A stretch of DNA of 64,000 nt from positions 5,312,001 through 5,376,000 of the forward strand of contig OY761158.1 in the NCBI GenBank assembly GCA_963664405.1, written 5' to 3'. The DNA is from Thermoanaerobaculia bacterium. GTDB lineage: Bacteria; Acidobacteriota; Thermoanaerobaculia; Multivoradales; Multivoraceae. How positions within the stretch are numbered: the first letter of the stretch is position 1; the number at the start of each line of letters is the position of its first letter. Positions 60,224 through 64,000 of this stretch are shown here, piece after piece. The notes beneath the pieces were generated by a model. It saw nothing but the letters and a program-made list of their open reading frames with translations, was not told the DNA's origin and did no database searches. A program made the translations under genes and the position numbers.

Positions 60224-63200
60224 ATGTGGTTGATCCATATCGCGATGAGGCGACCGATCTCGGTGCTGATGATCATCGTCGGAGTGGCCCTCACGTCCAT
60301 CTTGGCGCTGCAGCGAATGCGCGCCGACATCTTCCCGGCGCTGGGAACGCCGGTCATCTATGTCGCTCAGCCCTACGGCGGTATGGATCCGGCGCAGATG
60401 GAGGGCTACCTGGTCAATTATTACGAGTACCACTTTCTCTACGTGCGCGGGATCGACTACGTGGAGTCGCGTTCGATTCAGGGCGCGGCGCTGATGCAGC
60501 TCCACTTCCACGAGGGCACCGACATGGCCCAAGCGATGGCGGAGACGGTGGCGCAGGTGAACCGCTCGCGATCGTTCATGCCTCCCGGCACGGTTCCGCC
60601 TTTTGTCATGCGTTTCGACGCGGGCAGTGTCCCAGTCGGATATCTGGTCTTCAGCAGTGAGACCCGAGGCGTCGACGAGATCTCCGATCTGGCTCTCTTC
60701 CGAGTGCGCCCGATGTTCGCCGCCGTACCTGGTGTCTCCGCGCCGCCCCCTTTTGGTGGAACGGCGAGAAGCCTGGTCGTACACGTTGACCCCGATCGGC
60801 TGCGCGCCTATGGGATGTCGCCCGATGAGGTCGTCGAGGCCATTTCGCGCTCCAACACCATCCTTCCCTCGGGCAGCGTGCGCATCGGCGACGTCAACTA
60901 CATGACCCCGGTCAATTCCACGGTAGAACAGGCCGAGGATCTCAATGATGTGCCGATCCGCTCGGGAGCCGGCGCTACCGTCTATCTTCGCGATGTTGGC
61001 TATGCCGAGGACGCGGCCGATATTCTGACCAGCTACGCCCTGGTCAACGGGCGTCGCGCGGTCTACATCGCCGTGACCAAGCGAGCCGATGCTTCGACGC
61101 TCGAGGTCGTACGCCGAGTGCGAGAGGCCCTACCCTCCTTTCGTGCCCAGATTCCCGAAGACATCGATGTTGCCTTCGAGTTCGATCAATCTTTCTACGT
61201 CTCCGACGCCCTGGCTTCACTGCGTTTCGAAGGGGCTCTCGGTGCTTTGCTCACGGGCGGCATGATCCTGCTGATTCTCGGCAGCCTGCGCAGCGCTTTC
61301 GTCATCGTGACAACCATCCCACTCGCGCTACTCTCGGCGATCGTTGCGCTGTGGGCTTCGGGTCAGACGATCAATCTGATGACGCTAGGCGGCCTCACCC
61401 TCGCCATCGGCATCTTGGTGGACGAGTCGGTGATTGCCATCGAGAACATTCACCGACACCTCGCCGAGGGCAAGAGGGGGGCACGTGCCGTTATCGAGGC
61501 GAGCCGAGAGGTGATGGTGCCGCGGCTCTTGATCATGCTGGCGATCCTCGCGGTCCTCGCTCCTTCCTTCTTCATGGAAGGCGTGGCTCGCGCCATGTTC
61601 GTACCGCTGGCGCTCTCAGTTGGTTTCGCCATGATCTCGTCCTTCTTTCTCGCCAGCACCTACGTCCCGATCATGGAGGCATGGCTGCAGCGGAAGGGCT
61701 CTAGCCCCGAGACCGGCGCCAGAGACCGATTCACCGAGCGGATGCGGGAGCGCTATTCAGGCTGGTCCAAGCGTGCCCTGTCGCGGAGACGATCGGTCGT
61801 CTTCGGCTACCTTGCCGTGTGCGCGCTCGCCCTCGTCGCCCTGGCATCGACGTTGGGAAGCGACATCTTTCCGACTGTCGATACCGGCCTGCTGCAGATG
61901 CGATTGCGGGCGCCCGCCGGCACCCGCGTGGAGCGCACCGAGCTCCTGGTCCGCAACGTGCTCGGCGTTATCGAAGAAGAGGTCGGTGCCGAGAACCTCA
62001 CGACATCGCTGGCCTTTGTCGGCGTCCAACCCTCATCCTACCCGGTGAATCTCATCTTTCTCTGGACCGGCGGTCCGCACGAGGCCGTCCTCCTGGTGCG
62101 GGTGGACGAGGACAGCGCGGTGTCCACCGGCGAGCTTCAAGAACGACTTCGGGAGCGCCTGCCCCAGGTGATGCCCGGCGCCAGCGTGACTTTCGAAGCT
62201 GCCGACCTGGTGAGTCAGGTGATGAGCTTCGGCTCTCCGACCCCGATCGAGATCGCGGTGACCGGGGCTTCGCTCGACGCCAACCGCGAGTACGCCGAAA
62301 CGATCCAAAAGACGCTCGCAAACGAAGGGGAGCTGAGGGACGTGCAGCTCGGAGAGCTGCTCGAGTATCCGACTCTGAATATCACCATCGATCGCGACCG
62401 AGCCGCGCAGCTCGATGTCAGCGTCGCGGACGTCGGCCGGGCTCTCGCCCCTGTTACCTGGTCGAGCCGTTTCACGACTCCGATCTACTGGGCCGATCCG
62501 CGCAGCGGGATCTCGTATCAGGTTCAGGTCGAGGTGCCCCAGGCACAGATCGACTCGGTCGACGACGTCGCATCGATACCGGTGCAGCATGGGGGGAGGG
62601 CTGTGCCGACGCTGTTGAGGGATGTGGCCGATCTCAGTATCGGCGAGTCGTTCGGCGAGTATCACCGCCGCAACATGCAGCGCATGATCACGGTCACGGC
62701 GAACATTCACGACACCGACCTGGGAAGCGCGCGCGCCACGGTGGAGAAGGCGCTGGCTGGCCTTCCCGAACCGCCGCGGGGGGTCAGCGTCGGCATCCGC
62801 GGTCAGCTCACCCCATTGGCCCAGATGATCTCGAATCTGCAGCTCGGCGTAGTTCTGTCGATCGTTGCCGTCTTCCTTCTGCTCGTCGCCTATTTTCAAT
62901 CGGGTAGGGTTGCTCTTTCTGTGATCATGGCACTCCCCGCCGTCCTGGTGGGCGTCGGTGTGGCGCTGCTCCTGACGGTCTCGACTCTCAACATCCAATC
63001 GTTCATGGGTGCGATGATGGCGGTCGGAATCTCGGTCGCCAACGCGATCTTGCTCTGCACCTTTGCCGCGCGCTCTCGCGAAGAAGGCATGGAGGCAGAG
63101 GCTGCAGCACTGGCGGGGGCAGGGTCGCGACTGCGCCCCATCGTGATGACCACATTGGTGATGGTCAGTGGCATGGTGCCGATGGCTCTCGGTGCGCCTC

Positions 63201-63379
63201 AGACGGCTCCCCTGGCCATTGCTGTCATCGGTGGGCTGCTCGCTTCACTCCCCAGCACTCTCTTCGTTGTGCCGTCGGCCTTCGCTCTCTTTACCAAGGG
63301 TGGGAGTGCGACATCGTCTTCGATCGATCCTGATGACCCGCGAAGCCCTTATTTTGATGCCGCCACTTCTCGAGGATGA
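60224..63379 (+). CDS. RND efflux permease (AcrB/CusA family)
   Basis: GILVDES..ENI, ANAIL and RLRPIVMT motifs. Confidence 0.94.
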   Translation: MWLIHIAMRRPISVLMIIVGVALTSILALQRMRADIFPALGTPVIYVAQPYGGMDPAQMEGYLVNYYEYHFLYVRGIDYVESRSIQGAALMQLHFHEGTDMAQAMAETVAQVNRSRSFMPPGTVPPFVMRFDAGSVPVGYLVFSSETRGVDEISDLALFRVRPMFAAVPGVSAPPPFGGTARSLVVHVDPDRLRAYGMSPDEVVEAISRSNTILPSGSVRIGDVNYMTPVNSTVEQAEDLNDVPIRSGAGATVYLRDVGYAEDAADILTSYALVNGRRAVYIAVTKRADASTLEVVRRVREALPSFRAQIPEDIDVAFEFDQSFYVSDALASLRFEGALGALLTGGMILLILGSLRSAFVIVTTIPLALLSAIVALWASGQTINLMTLGGLTLAIGILVDESVIAIENIHRHLAEGKRGARAVIEASREVMVPRLLIMLAILAVLAPSFFMEGVARAMFVPLALSVGFAMISSFFLASTYVPIMEAWLQRKGSSPETGARDRFTERMRERYSGWSKRALSRRRSVVFGYLAVCALALVALASTLGSDIFPTVDTGLLQMRLRAPAGTRVERTELLVRNVLGVIEEEVGAENLTTSLAFVGVQPSSYPVNLIFLWTGGPHEAVLLVRVDEDSAVSTGELQERLRERLPQVMPGASVTFEAADLVSQVMSFGSPTPIEIAVTGASLDANREYAETIQKTLANEGELRDVQLGELLEYPTLNITIDRDRAAQLDVSVADVGRALAPVTWSSRFTTPIYWADPRSGISYQVQVEVPQAQIDSVDDVASIPVQHGGRAVPTLLRDVADLSIGESFGEYHRRNMQRMITVTANIHDTDLGSARATVEKALAGLPEPPRGVSVGIRGQLTPLAQMISNLQLGVVLSIVAVFLLLVAYFQSGRVALSVIMALPAVLVGVGVALLLTVSTLNIQSFMGAMMAVGISVANAILLCTFAARSREEGMEAEAAALAGAGSRLRPIVMTTLVMVSGMVPMALGAPQTAPLAIAVIGGLLASLPSTLFVVPSAFALFTKGGSATSSSIDPDDPRSPYFDAATSRG

Positions 63380-64000
63380 GCTCCATGATGAAACGAAACC
63401 GCGCTAGCGCAGCCATCTTTCTTGTCTCGATGATCCCGCCTGTGGCGACGATCCCGCTGAGGGCTCAGCAGAGTGTGGGCGTCGACTTCGCCGAGGTCAC
63501 TCGGGCGGCGGTCGAGCAGACCGTCGTCTTACCGGGTGAGCTTCGCGCGCTCCAAGAGGTCGAGCTCCGCGCCAAGGTGGAGGGCTTCGTCGAGAGAATC
63601 CCGGTGGACCGCGGCACAAGGGTGGCGCGGGGAGAGACGATCGCGCGAATCCGCGCCCCTGAGTTGGACGCTCAGAAGGCGCAGGCGCAGGCTCAACTGG
63701 CGACGTCGGAGGCCGAGCTGGCAGAGGCCGAGGCGCGTCTGGCCGCGTCTCTGAGTAACTACGAGCGTCTCTCCAAGGCAGCTGAGACCCCGGACGTCGT
63801 CGCCGGGAACGACCTGATTCGGGCTGAGAACGCCGCCGCCGGCGACCGAGCCCATGTCAACGCACTGACCCAGAGCGTGGCGGCGGCGCAGTCCGCACTC
63901 GACGCGGTCCGAGAGATGACTTCGTATTTGATTGTCGGCGCGCCTTTCGAAGGCATCGTCACGGAGCGCTACGTGCACGTCGGCGCGCTGGTCGGACCCA
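63376..64000 (+). CDS. RND periplasmic adaptor subunit (truncated by the window edge)
   Basis: ATGA overlap with the permease stop; LPGEL..AKVEGFV..VDRG..APEL..APFEGIVTER. Confidence 0.88.
   Translation, partial: MSSMMKRNRASAAIFLVSMIPPVATIPLRAQQSVGVDFAEVTRAAVEQTVVLPGELRALQEVELRAKVEGFVERIPVDRGTRVARGETIARIRAPELDAQKAQAQAQLATSEAELAEAEARLAASLSNYERLSKAAETPDVVAGNDLIRAENAAAGDRAHVNALTQSVAAAQSALDAVREMTSYLIVGAPFEGIVTERYVHVGALVGP

Overview
GC-rich bacterial chromosomal window of about 50 genes. The gene content suggests Acidobacteriota, possibly Thermoanaerobaculia (inference only): many Hanks-type kinases, an ECF-kinase pair, an IPTL-CTERM protein, a SpoIVB-like S55 peptidase and orphan ABC ATPases. 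Most of it is metabolic or housekeeping: a Mo-hydroxylase maturation cluster (CoxE, split XdhC, MocA), two ThDP enzymes, manA, a siroheme sulfite/nitrite reductase with CobA, korAB, xerD, coaD, tsaC, recN, proline dehydrogenase, lipA, a sulfatase and an RND efflux system. The most unusual signals are: (1) an intact IS110 element (~23105-24760) whose non-coding left end forms two 'TGG...CCCG' loops, each carrying a segment identical to one of the element's junctions (a bridge-RNA-like guide with a non-IS621 layout, TAG core, and Thr at the usual catalytic Ser); (2) a dispersed two-hairpin REP/BIME-like repeat family at three loci, with compensatory base changes; (3) three genes apparently started by CTG, including an NrtS-like small protein missed by the ORF track; (4) a hidden Rid-family pseudogene and a frameshifted TPR kinase. 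No CRISPR array, tRNA or rRNA was seen. All family calls come from motif recognition by eye, not database searches.
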